From positions 34,276,213 through 34,340,212 of the forward strand of contig OZ234493.1 in NCBI GenBank assembly GCA_965153455.1: a stretch of 64,000 bases of DNA, written 5' to 3'. Origin of the DNA: Sphagnum compactum (lineage: Eukaryota). The notes under the pieces were generated by a model, which was given only the letters and a program-made list of their open reading frames with translations, ran no database searches and was not told the DNA's origin. Below are positions 38,443 to 50,700 of the stretch, piece by piece. The stretch's first letter is position 1. Each line of letters starts with the position of its first letter. The translations under genes were made by a program, and so were the position numbers.

Positions 38443-38767
38443 TAAAGTCACCTTCTTTTTCACCCCCTGTCGTCCCCTCCGCTTTCACCCCTTGACCTCT
38501 CTCTTTTAGTGTGGTATCCGCAGCGTAAGGAAATTTTATTATATCTCAGTATGAATGCCGAAACTCAGCAATTTAATGCACAAGGTTCGATGATCGAGAG
38601 TATCTATAGTAGTTGTACAGATAGGAGAAGTGAAAAAATATATGTAGCATCAGTGGAGGCGCTCAGGAAGGAAAGAGGGGATGAAACTCAGTTTACTACC
38701 AAAAATTGGTGGAAAAACTAGTTTGGGTCCCAGTTATTTTGTTTTTGTAAAATGTCATTCCCAGTTA
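38443..38767 (+). repeat. Dispersed element, copy 2
   Basis: Aligns by eye with the reverse complement of 8880-9130; its 5' part also matches 63905-64000. Confidence 0.85.
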
Positions 38768-38934
38768 AGCATTTGATGCCTCATCATGCCGAAAGTGCTG
38801 ATTCCGCCCTTTAATGTGACACCTGAAAAACCTGCCGAAATCGGCAAGTTACTTATGGTCCTTAACGTAACTGAAAAAGTAGTATGGGTCCATCTGCAAA
38901 ACTTTTCCTTCTAAATCATCCAAAGCATGGCCAA

Positions 38935-39392
38935 CTTTATGGATGAAATAGTTGAACTTTAACACAATCACATGGATGAACAGAAATCATCGCATGGATG
39001 TAATTTAGAAGGAACCTAAACCCATACCAAATCGCAGGATGGCTCATGGAACATAATTGGACTCAAATGGATGAACATGCCGTATCGTATCAAATGGATG
39101 GAAAAATGACATATATGGTCTCTTTGGGGTGAGGCCCCTTGGTATGGCACAGTGGTTGTTATTGACATATCAAGTGGATGGACATCATATATCAAATGGA
39201 TGAAAAATGATCAAGTGGATGAACATAACATATCAAATGGATGAAAAAATGACATGTCAAGTGGATGTACATCACATGTCAAATGGATGGACATCACATG
39301 TCAAATGGATGAGCATGACATATTGAGGTGGATGGATGCACGTGACCTATCAAATGGATGAAGATGACAAAGGTAATAAAATGGATGAAGAG
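38935..39392. repeat. Minisatellite with core TCAA(A/G)TGGATG upstream of the receptor kinase
   Basis: More than 10 TGGATG-centred units, about 20-22 bp apart in 39165-39360. Confidence 0.9.
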
Positions 39393-39574
39393 AACCATGA
39401 CATGCATGAAAAGTCTCTTTCCAACTTACCAAATTTCGGTACAGGGAACAGAAAACATCCGTTCAACTGGGCGCGTTGAATGCCCGCGCAGGGACCGCGC
39501 GGCGATGGCGGTCACCGCGCAGCAATGGGGAAAGCGAGAGCGAAGAGGCGCACACTCTCACACGCAGAGACGAC

Positions 39575-39613
<39 letters not shown>

Positions 39614-40431
39614 GGGTCGCTGCGCGCTGCCAGGGATTGCGGGCACGCGGCAAAAGAAAGAAAACAAGTTGGTGGAGAGAGGATTCGGGGGGACTGGAAC
39701 TACTTCTACTGCTGCTGCTGAGTGCGAAAGACTTAAAGAAGTGTTGAATGTTTAGACTAGAGTTACAATACAAAGGATGATGGACTCAATTGTTCCTCGA
39801 GTCTCAACAATCCCCCTAAAAGATCTATATCTCTTGAGAACTGCTAGAATTGGATTGAATTTCCAAGACCCAAAGACAGCTCTGTGTTTTTTTTTTCCTC
39901 CCCTTCACATGGTATTGGTTTTTGGGAAAAACACCTTTCAAGTTTAGAAGATTGATGTTCTTTGTTGCAAATTTTCTTCTCTCATGAATTTTTGATGATG
40001 GGGTGGTTTTAAGAAGGCTGCTCATCGACATCCAAATTGAGCATGGCATGCGTTCAACAGTTGTGATGTTGATGGTTAGAGTAACAAACTGGGAGACAAA
40101 TTTTACAAAAGAAAGAATTGTGGAGACACAGAGTTAGTTAGTTCATGCTTTGGTGGTTGTGTTACTGTTCAAAATTCAGTTGCAGCAGCTCCATGCAAGC
40201 AGCAGCAGCATTTGAGCTTGGGAAATTTGAAAGTTTTTTCATGACGCCTCCTTCTTGCAGCAAAGCATCTCTGAGCCAAACAAAAGTAGTAGAGAACCCT
40301 GGGTTTTTTTGAATACAGCAACTCAACTTGCTGGAGCAGCTCAAAGAACAATTGTGATCAACATAGATTTTAGATGTTTTTGAGATGTATTCACAATTTC
40401 AGCAGCAAGGTGCTTGAAACTAATCTGAGGT

Positions 40432-43234
40432 ATGCAGTTCAGCTCATCAAGATGGTCACCACCCACTGTAGCAGCAGCAGCAGCAGCAGCAGCATCCATG
40501 AGCTTTTGGTTTTTACTTTATGCAGCCATTGTTGTTGTTTCATGCCTCATCCCTGGCACAGAGGGCTTAGGCTCCATGACTTCCATGGCCACACCCTTCA
40601 GCAACAACTATGGACTTGAATCAGCATCAGCAGCTCCTCCAGTGTGTGGAATTCATGCCCAGAACCAGTCAATCTTCTGCTGGAACTACAACAACAACAC
40701 TTCTCTACAATTCACAGCTCGCAATTTAACTGCAGTTGCATTTTCTGGCTTGGCTGGTGGCAGAGATTTTTTCTGTGGGCTCAGAGAGTCCACTCATCAG
40801 CCTTTCTGCTGGCCTCTTCCCAATAGTAGCAGCAACAGCAATATCTCCTCATTGAAGCCCACTCGTCTGTCTCGAAACCAGTATACACAAATAGTAGTTG
40901 GAGAATTGCATGTCTGTGCTATCCAAGCCACAACTGGCTTTGTGGATTGCTGGAGGTCAAGGAGCAACAAGCAAGCAGGAGGACAACAAGGAGCTTCATC
41001 ACCTCCACCAGCGAAACCATTTGTCTCTCTTACAGCTGGTGCAAATTTCACTTGTGGGTTGGATTCAAATTGGAAGATGACATGCTGGGGCGACGGCAAT
41101 GATGGTTTCAACATCACACGTTCTGTTGATGCAGCAGCACAGGTGCAATACCAATTGATCAGTGCGGGTAGTTCCCACATGTGTGGACTTGGGAAGCTTG
41201 ATGGCAGATTGAGTTGCTGGGGGGACAATTCCTTTGGTCAAGCTTCGACAACAATGATGACAACAGCATCAAACTCCACAATTTTCTTCACAGCTCTGGC
41301 ACTTGGAAGAGCTCACAGCTGTGGATTACAAGCAGATACACGTGAGGTGGTCTGCTGGGGATCCAATTCCTTCTCACAGCTCGATTCTCCCTCGGGGGTT
41401 CAGTTTGCATCCATTGCTGCAGGGGAGGATTACACTTGTGGGGTTGAGGTTGGGAATCTTGCACTCATCTGCTGGGGCAAAGGGTTTAGCAACAACAACA
41501 CTGCAGTGAGGAGGTCTTCTCAGATTGCCTCAGCTCCCTATCCTCCTCCTCCTTTCAATGTGGAGCCAGGAATTTGTCAACCTTCGAGCTCTTGTCTCTC
41601 TGGGACTTACCCTCTCAGCTCATACTATTCCAACAACACCAGAAACAGTGTTGCGGTCTGTAATCAGCCCAACAATGCTGTCTGCATAGCTTGCAGTGGG
41701 GAGTGCCCAACAGGCTATTACGAGTCACAGAGCTGTGGCTTTCAAGGAGACCGAAAATGCACCAAGATCACAACAGAACTTCCACAGCCCAAAACCAGGA
41801 ACAGGTATGACTGGAGGGTACTAGTACCCTTGTCTGTAATTGGAGGAGTTGGAAGCCTGGCAGGCTTGCTTTCGGTCGCCTGGTGCTTCTCGAACATGCA
41901 GTGCTGCTGGATAATGAAGAGGCGTAACTCTTCTTGTCAATGCACCACACATTCAGATGAAAATAGTCTCGCTCGGGTTCACAACAGCTCAGATGTGATG
42001 GAGAATGGAGAATTGGACAAAAGGGAAGATGGCATCAATCGTCAAAGGGTGCAAAGCTTGGCATCCTCCAACAGGTCAGTTTCCAATGTTCCTCAGTGCC
42101 ATCCTCTTGAATTTCTGAGAAAAAAAAGCTGTCAACACCCATCATGTGTCTGACTGATTGATTGTTCGAATGTGCAAAAGCAGGAGCAGACGTGACCTTC
42201 TGAACAAAACAGAGATCTTTGAGTTTGACATGTTAGCTGCCATCACGGACAATTTCAGCGACACCCACAAAATTGGAGCTGGTAGCTTCGGGAAGGTGTA
42301 CAAAGCAGAGCTGCCTGATGGGAAACAAGTGGCAATCAAACGTGCCGACAAAAGTGGGAAGAAGTTGGAGGACATAGAGAGCCCATTCCAGACGGAGCTT
42401 GAAAGCCTCACCCGTGTCCACCACAAATACTTGGTGCAGTTGGTGGGCTATTGCGATGATGGTGCAGAACGAATTCTGGTGTATGATTTCATCTCCAATG
42501 GAACCTTGTGTGACCATCTTCATAATAATGGCAACAACAAAGACGACTATGAACACGACAAAACAGCTGCTTTGAACAATTGGCATGTTCGGATCAAGAT
42601 TGCATTGCAAGCTGCAAGAGGAATTGAATACCTGCACACATATGCAAACCCACCACTCATCCATCGTGACATCAAATCTTCAAACATCTTGCTGGATTCT
42701 TCATGGACGGCTCAGGTGTCAGATTTTGGGTTATCCATAATGGGTCCATCTGAGGAGATGTCACATCTGTCCATGGTTGGAGCTGGTACTCTAGGGTTCA
42801 TGGATCCTGAATACTTTCGACTCCAACATCTGACGACAAAGAGCGATGTGTATAGCTTTGGAGTGGTGTTACTGGAGCTTCTTACTGGAAAGAAGGCGAT
42901 TCACCAAGGGAATTCAGGAGTTGCAAACCTTGTGGACATAGCAGTGCCTTCGATTTTAGATTATAACTCATCGCTGCTGTCGATTCTCGATCCCAGGTTG
43001 TATGCTCCTCAAGGATTGGAGCTGGAGGCCATCTCCATGGTGGCACATGTTGCGGAGCAATGTGTGAAGCAAGAGGGCAAAGATCGACCATCCATGACAC
43101 AAGTGGTCAACCAATTGGAACGAGCTTTCGACGTCTCTAATCTGCACAAAAAATTCATCTCTGCTAAGAGTGGCTACGAGATTCAAGAAATTGATCTGCA
43201 AATGCGCGACGAGGATGCAGACCAACACCACTAA
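40432..43234 (+). CDS. CRINKLY4-family receptor-like Ser/Thr kinase (CCR3/CCR4-like kinase domain), 2 exons, ~897 aa
   Basis: Exon 1 40432-42074 (alternative ATG at 40498 just before the signal peptide); exon 2 42184-43234 (or from 42181, NAGNAG acceptor). Domains: signal peptide, crinkly/RCC1-like repeats (AGGRDFFCGL, VGELHVCAI, AGANFTCGL, AGSSHMCGL, LGRAHSCGL, AGEDYTCGV), Cys-rich TNFR-like region, transmembrane helix, and a kinase with GAGSFGKVYK, VAIKR, HRDIKSSN, DFGLS, GTLGFMDPEY and KSDVYSFGVVLLE. Confidence 0.94.
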
Positions 43235-43723
43235 CACCAGCAAGTACCACCATTCTCCTTAAACCCCAGCAAACCCAAAACCTGCAAGCTCCAGGTGGGT
43301 GGGTTTAGAGTTTTCAGGGTTTAGGATTCAAAGGGTACCACAAATTCACATGTAATTCAGGAATTTGCAGCAGCTAATTCCAATCAGTCCACACACACAC
43401 ATACAAACAAGTAAACCCTGAACCCTAACTTGCCAATTGGCTTCACTAATTCCATTCAGTTTTGGATTGAATCGCTGATCCAAAAGTGTGTACAATAATA
43501 ACACTTGAAAGAATTCATTCATGGCTCAAAACACAGAGATACAGACTTGACTCAAAACACAACTTCAAGAATGTTTGTCATGAAATCATTCTTTTAGGGG
43601 GTTGAAACCCTAGTATAGGGTTTGCAAACCCATTACTTCATTTTAGGGGTTGCAACCCTATTTAGGTCATTACAGGGTTTGCAAACCCATTGGGTCATTT
43701 ATGTACATCAAACACCAGATGCC

Positions 43724-44009
43724 AAAGAGCCTCTGAAACATTTTGCAAAATTGCAAAAGATTTGTATACCAAACAAGAAAATCCATGTTCATTCTTGGCT
43801 CAAAACACATAGTGAGACTCAAAACAAACAACACAAATTTGTCATGAACCATTTTTTGGGGTTTGCAAAGAGCTCTGAAACATTTTGCAAAATTGCAAAG
43901 ATTTGTATACCGAACAAGAAAATCCATGTTCATTCTTGGCTCAAAACACATAGTGAGACTCAACACAAACAACACAAATTTGTCATGAACCATTTTTTGG
44001 GGTTTGCAA
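43724..44009. repeat. Near-identical ~143-bp tandem duplication, with an older third copy at ~43480-43610
   Basis: AAAGAGC.TCTGAAACATTTTGCAAAATTGCAAA..CATTCTTGGCTCAAAACACATAGTGAGACTCAA..TTTGTCATGAACCATTTTTTGGGGTTTGC is present twice. Confidence 0.93.
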
Positions 44010-44919
44010 CCCTGATTAGGTCATTTTAGGGTTTGCAAATCCATTTAGGTCACTATTTTTTAATGTGAGTGTTTTTGGGGCTATTGAATCCAGCCTTGAA
44101 GATGAGTTCAATGGGCAACTACCAGCTATTCCTAGCAATCTAAAGGCCTAGAAGCAACTCAAGCTCTACTACATGCCCTTAAATGTCAATTCAATCTACC
44201 ACTAAGCTAAAACCATCACTTGCCACTAGCAAAGCACATTAGCATATTACGTGTATGTGTGTGTAAACATAAGGTTTAGAGTCTAGACTCATTTGGTCCA
44301 AAATAAATTCTTACCATTTAAAAAAACCCAATGCAAAATTAGAGAGCTAAATTTTTGAAGCAACAAATACAAGCACAAATCTCATTTGAGATGCAAAAAA
44401 ATCGATTCACTAGTACAAAATGTGGGTGCAGTTCATTAGTCCCTGTTCACTAGACCAGTCAATTCACTACTTCTTCACTGGTCCCCGTTCACTACAACCA
44501 ATGAATTCACTCAAAATTCAGTGAAATCACTTAACGTACAGGGACACCTTTTGTTATAGTGATTTCTTTCCATCTTATTCCTTTAAAGGATCTTACACCT
44601 AAATCTTTAATGCCTATAACTAGGAGTAAGGTCCCTGCCACTCTTGACCCCTAAAACACGAGAAAATTCAGAAATACATTGAAAAGAGGACCAATTTTGG
44701 TAATGCAAAGTATCTTAATGCAGAGAAAGAAGAATTATGAAAAATCCAATATTTCACCATGCAAAAAATTATAATATTAAAAAATTTCCTCTAAAAGAAA
44801 CCAAAAGCTTTCAAAAATATTATATAACTCATAGAACTAATCTCAAGTTTCAACAACACAAGCACAAATAAGTACCCCCCAGTTTATAATGGAGGTATTA
44901 TTAGCCCAGGCCAAAAATG

Positions 44920-45052
44920 GGGAGGATTTTTTTTTTCTTTTTTTCGTTTGTTCCCAACATGTTCCCAATGGGTTCCTAGTATGTTCCCCAGGCTCCCAAT
45001 GTGTTCCTCGAGGGTGTTCCCAATAGCACCTCGCTTTAATCCCATATGTTTT
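44920..45052 (-). repeat. Dispersed repeat carrying GTTCCC(A) micro-units; inverted copy at ~47100-47190 and a diverged copy at ~33700-33790
   Basis: GTGTTCCCAATAGCACCTCGCTTTAATCC.ATATGTTTT here matches the reverse complement AAAACATATAGGATTAAAGCGAGGTGCTATTGGGAACAC at 47102-47140. Confidence 0.85.
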
Positions 45053-45119
45053 CAACCTACACAAAGGTTTTTTGATGAACAAATGGGCCCAAATTAAATT
45101 TTTTAAAAAATAAAATCAA

Positions 45120-45500
45120 AATTTGCCAGATTTTTATGATAAGTTCTAGTAGGTAGCCAAGAATATGGAAGGATTATGTTTTTTCTTTCTATTTTCATAT
45201 CTAGAATGTAGCTAAATCTGGCTAAATCATCTTATGGATGATTGCCACTTTAGCTACTCAAAATTGGATATTATAAAAATTATTTAAACTTAAATTTAAA
45301 AAATAAAATTAAAAAATAAACCCTGGTATTCATAGAACATGTCCCTTAGGGAATCCTTTAGCCCCACCCTTTCTGTTCCCCCACATGAAGATTTAGCCAA
45401 ATTTGGCTACAAGATAGTTTTTTTTTTCTAAAAAAATCAATTATTTTTATTTGTTTTTTACTACCTACTTGAAAGATGTATAGAAATCTGGCATTTTTTT
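45120..45500. repeat. Two oppositely oriented copies of a TAGCCAAATTTGGCTA-type dispersed repeat; another copy at ~21120-21240
   Basis: TGCCAGATTT..AGTAGGTAG..GTAGCTAAATCTGGCTAAATC (45124-45228) is the reverse complement of GATTTAGCCAAATTTGGCTAC..CTACCTACT..AAATCTGGCA (45390-45493). Confidence 0.75.
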
Positions 45501-47368
45501 TTATGAAATCAAATGTATGAGAATTTCCCATCTCAAATTGTGACCAAGAAATTTTGGATATGTCTACTACAAGTGGCAAGTTCATCATTTCATTGTCAAA
45601 TAATTATTTTTTATTTTATTTCAAAAATAAAAAAATTCCCAAATAACACTAAAAGCTTCTCTTTTTCCCTTCACAAACATTTTTAACTTTGAAAATTGTA
45701 TATTTAAATTGTCAATATTTCTGAAATTAATATTGTTGGTGTCAAACTTCGTTGGGATCAGCCATTAATTTTTCCCTTGCAAATTTCACACGAATGCGAA
45801 GTTCTCAAAAAGGAATACTTTGTAGCGTATTGCCTTTTTTTGAAATTGTTTTTGCCAAATTTCCCCCAAAAAAATTGAAAAAACTTCATGACATTTCTAC
45901 TTGTATTTTAGAAGGGGCCCGCCCATGTTTTGTACTAGTTTTTTAATTTTTAACTTTTTGGGTCACTTGTAGAAAACTGTTGCCATCTAATGCTAAATCT
46001 AAATAAATAAATAAACAAATAAATCCCTCTTGGGATGCTTGCATGTGACGCAACATTAGAAATTTTGCAAAATAAAATAAAATAATTAAAATAATAAAAA
46101 TACGGGCTACATTTGTGGCAATGGCTCAATAGAGCTTCTCAAATTTCTAGAATCTTATAAGTTTGGATTGATTGTTTGTTTTGCAAAAAAGAGAGGGGCA
46201 CTAAGAAGGGTGCGTCTTGGTGATGCGATTAAGTGAACTACAAGGGAGCAAAGATGCAACGGCTTTTAGAGTGTACAAAATTAGGATAAGTTGTTAAGTA
46301 ATGTACACACACAATGAGCATGAGACCATTAGTGTGTAGCCATAGTGAAATTTGCGTGTCAACACTCAAATGTTTGGTGGGTGGACTGATGGATGTTACA
46401 ATTGTTCTAAACCCTAAACCCTTAGTTATAACAACTATGAACAACCCATGGTGATGGTCATCTTTTTTTTTCCCATTAGTTTGTGGGAATTGAAGGAGGA
46501 CATATAGTTTTAAGATAGATTTAGCATTTAATTAAATGGTGAGAGGTCTTTAGAACTAGTTCCAAAAAGTGAGATTTTGCTTTGAAAAATGGCCCCAAAA
46601 TAAAATCCAAGTGAAAAAAAATTGTTGCATCTTTTATTTTAGAAAAAAAATTGGGATTTTTTACCTAAAAAATAGGGAATTTTATTTTTGTTCAAGATTG
46701 AAGAGAAAAAGGGCTAAAAAATTTAAGGAAAAAAAAAAAAAAAAACCTCTCTTCTTGCACATAGAGCACCCCAATGAAGGGCATTGAAAATTTGTTTGTT
46801 GAACTCAATGTAATCTTGGATGATATTTGGCGAGAGTTACATAGATGATGATGAAAAAAAATCCAAACATAGGTTCATTAAAAACCTTATCATCCGCATC
46901 GATAATTCACAATTTAGGATATTATAATATGGTTTTAGAGTTCTTAGCAATGAGACATGTAGCAAGAATTTGATTGGCCCATCACAAAAAAAAAAAGTTG
47001 AAACTATGGAGACTCCCCCAAAATAAAAGATTTTTCTGGAAAGATGAAGTGATGTCCCCTTTGGCCCAACTATATAGATGAGAAGGGGAGGACCTTCGGG
47101 CAAAACATATAGGATTAAAGCGAGGTGCTATTGGGAACACATTGGGAACATAGGGAACATATTGGGAACCCATTGGGAACTTGAAAGGCAAAATGAAAAA
47201 AAATCCTCCCCCCCTCTTTTGGACCTTACCTACTACCAACAAAAAAAAAAAAAAAACCAGTTTGGCAAATTGTTTTTAAATTTTTTTAAAAAACAAAAGT
47301 TGTGTTTGTAACTTTGCACACCTTCCGCGTCTCAGACACGAAAAATTTTAGTTGAGTTTCCGAACCTG

Positions 47369-47569
47369 AGGCTTGGCAATTGGCTAAGGCTCGGAAAAGG
47401 AGTGTCAGGTGGCTAAGGCACGACAGAAGGCTCGGACTCAGGCTTCGGCGAAAGGTGCGACAATGTGCAAAAGGCTCGGAATAAGGCTCGGGATCCGGTT
47501 CCGGTTCCGGTTCGGAAGAAGCCTCTGCATGTGCTTCAGGTTCGGCAAAAGGCTCGGTTCGAGGCTCGG
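47369..47569 (+). promoter_or_regulatory. Cluster of AGGCTCGG motifs in the proximal promoter of the acidic-protein gene
   Basis: Exact copies at 47387, 47428, 47472, 47484, 47550 and 47562; variants at 47369, 47440 and 47538. The role is inferred from position just upstream of the (TC)n tract and the ATG. Confidence 0.5.
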
Positions 47570-47601
47570 CGTAGTGAGCCGCGCTGCAAGAGACCTGTGA
47601 A

Positions 47602-47637
<36 letters not shown>

Positions 47638-47745
47638 CCTCTCTTTTTGGAAGGTTTTTGGATTACGATCGTTGCGTGCGAGCGGAGTTCGTAAAGAAAA
47701 GTGCTGCAGCAGCAGCAGCAAAAGAAGAAGCGGGAAGATAGAAAA

Positions 47746-50700
47746 ATGCCTCCAGGTCCAAGGAAGAGGCGACGGCGGCGGCGGACAGAAAGTTCTCCAG
47801 GCTTCTCCGCCTCTGCAGGTTTCTTTCTTTGCAGATTTTGCTTGCCAATCCTGTTTTGGTTGTTGTTTTTTTTTTTGGTTGATTCTGGTTCTGTCTCTGC
47901 GTCATGTCATGCGGGTTTGGTTTCGTTCTCGAGAGCGTTTTCTCGGACTTTCTGTCGTTGTTATAATAATGGTCTCCAATTTGGTTATTACGGACGCGGA
48001 GGAGTAGGAGAAGGAGGGGGTTAGTAGTATATGCTGCTGTACTCGGGGGTTTTGTAATGTTGTCTGCGTTTTGTTCTTGTGAAGAATGCTTTCATACACT
48101 TCTTTCGGCATCTTGTTTCCTTTCTCCGTCTCTGTTGTCTTCTCCTTCTTCTTCTTCTTCTTTTTCTTCTTAGAATGGCTATTTCCTTTTGTGATTCTCG
48201 TAGTGCTTTCTTTCTTTCATGCAGGAGGTACTACACTACGGCTGCTACTAACCTCGCGTAAAACTTAGGCGAAAAACTCTTTGCTTGCCGTTGTTTTCAC
48301 TGTGCTGTAATGCTGCGCTTGCTTTGTGTACTCCCTTCCCGATGATGTTCTTGTAGCTTTGAGCTTTGCACTGGCAGAAGAAGAAGCAGCAGCAGCGTCT
48401 CCGGACGCATTGTGCAGTGGCCGTTTCCGTGCCTCGGCGTGGGGGAAAGCTGTCTGTCAAATGTGCATGTTTTGTTTTGCTCTGTAGTCTTGTCATGACA
48501 AAATTGTGCAGGCCACTGTTGGGATGCTGTTGTGTTGGTTCCACCATGGTTGACGGTGGAACGAGGAACTGGGATCGGTGTCCTTTTAGATGATGTCTTA
48601 TTAGGCGCAGATTTCTGATGTCTGACCACAAATCTTCTTCTTCATTTTGTGGGTTTTTTTGCTGTATAGGTTTTTGTTTTTTCTGTTGTTGTTGCACTAC
48701 TGATGCAATAAATTATTATTTTTGGTGTGTCCACTTCTGCTGCAGATGAATCTCACGAATCTGATGAAACCACTTCATGTCCAGACACGCCAGACCATGG
48801 GAAACGAACATTTTCATCAGAAGATGTGCCTTCTGATCAGAAGTTCCACACAGAAGACTGGGTGAGGGTTTCTGATTTTGATGTTGGCACTCCTACTTCC
48901 ACAACAACAGCTGACTCTAAGGTGGCTGACTATGGTGTTGTGGCTCTCGACTGTAATTACGATGGTGATGTCAGAGGCCATGACAAGCTTGCAGATTGGG
49001 AGACTGTGTCAAGGGACATGGGTGGTGGAATTTCTTCCACAGAAGTTGTGGAAAATTTGGAAGGTGATGATTCAGTGGTTGACGAAGAATCAGTCAGTCC
49101 TTCTCGAGGGCAAGGGCTCAATCAACTGCCTCACGTGGATGCTGAAAATTCAGAATGGTTGTCAGAAAAGCAAGATGAGCACAAGGTGGCCTCTTCATCC
49201 AGAACATCAGAAGACCTGGAGAAGATGAGCAGTTCTTTTGAAGCGGGTTCCCCAAGTAAGGAAGAGGATCAGGAAGCTGCTGCCTCTATTGTGGAATTTC
49301 CCCAAGAAAAAGTCTACTTATGTGGCAGTTCAGAAGTCACTTCTTTGCAGCAAGAGCATGATAATGAAAGACAGAAGAGTCACATGGAAGTTCATCCAGT
49401 GAAGCTCCAAGAGCAAGAAGAAGCCTGCAGTAATAATGGGAATGAATCCTTGTCTGAAGAGCAAGAGGAAGAAGATCATCATGTGACAAGTCCCAGGCAA
49501 GAGGACAGCAAGATGATTGGCCATGCTCTGGCGGAAGATAGAAGCATACAGCTGATGGATGCTGCCATATCTGGGATGTATGAGTCCAGTGACCAGAGTA
49601 CTGAAGCAGTGGATGTTGCTCCTCTTGAACCACAAGAGGACAATGTGAAAGGAATTTCTGAGCAGGAGAGTGACGAGCATGATTGGCTTCTGGACATTGC
49701 ACACTCCACAGAACTTGCTGATTTAGGGAAGGAAGAGGAGAAAATAATTGCCCAAGAGGAGGAAGATATCGGGGAGAACACTTCAGAAACTATAGTTGAA
49801 ATGCTAGCCTCTGCAGGGAACTTACCTCAGACAACAGAGCATGGTGAAGTGGAAGATTTGCAAAAGGTTGCAATTGAAGAGTCACCCTTGATTGAGGAAC
49901 ATTCTGATGCACCTGACGCCATGGTGTCTGAAGTGGCAGAACCAAGCATTAAAGCACAAGGATCTGGGCAGTTTTCTGTTTCAAATGAAGACTCTTTTGC
50001 TGATGCCATTCCGAGGGAATATGAGAACATGCGTTTGTCAGAGGATCTGTCAACGACAGCAGAAGTGGAGAAGATGTCACATCTGGACACACATGACCAA
50101 GAGCAACGAACATTGTCATTGCTGGACACACCTTCTGATAAGATATTGCAAACTGAGGAATGGGTGAAAATTTCCGATTTTGATGTTGGCACCCCAACTT
50201 CCACAACAGCTGACTCGAGGGCTGACTATGATATAGCAGCTGAGAAAAGTTATGGTGATGTCAAAGGCCATGACAAGCTTGCAGATTGGGAGACTGTGTC
50301 AAGGGACACAGTTGGAGCTTCTTCTTCCATTGAAGAAGTTGAAGAAAGTCTGGAAGGAGACCATTCAGCTCTTGACGAATCAGTCAGTTCTTGTCAAGGG
50401 CAGGCGCTTGAACTTCCTCATGTGGATAAGGGAGATCTGGAACGTTTGTCAGGCAAGGAAGATGATCATGAAAGGGTTAACCTCAGTTCTCAATCTTTGT
50501 CAGAAATATCAGAAAATAAGGAGAAGATAAGCAATTGCTCTGTGGCTGGTTCTCCAGTTAAGGAAGAGGATCAGGAAGCTGCCTCAACTTTGGAGTTTCA
50601 AGAACACAACCGAGAAAGTGGTAGTCCAGAAGTCCCTTTGCAGCCTGATTATGATAATGAAGAGGAGATCAGTAGCATGGATGTACAATCCCAGACACTC

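Noticed and set aside
38695-38725. Hairpin followed by CTAG|T as a Helitron 3' end
   Set aside because: Similarity between the 8.9-kb and 38.7-kb copies continues about 45 bp past CTAG, and the hairpin-to-CTAG spacing is short.
43260-43700. Scattered TTTAGGG/AAACCCTA motifs as an interstitial telomere
   Set aside because: The units are isolated and degenerate rather than a tandem array, and similar motifs occur throughout the window.
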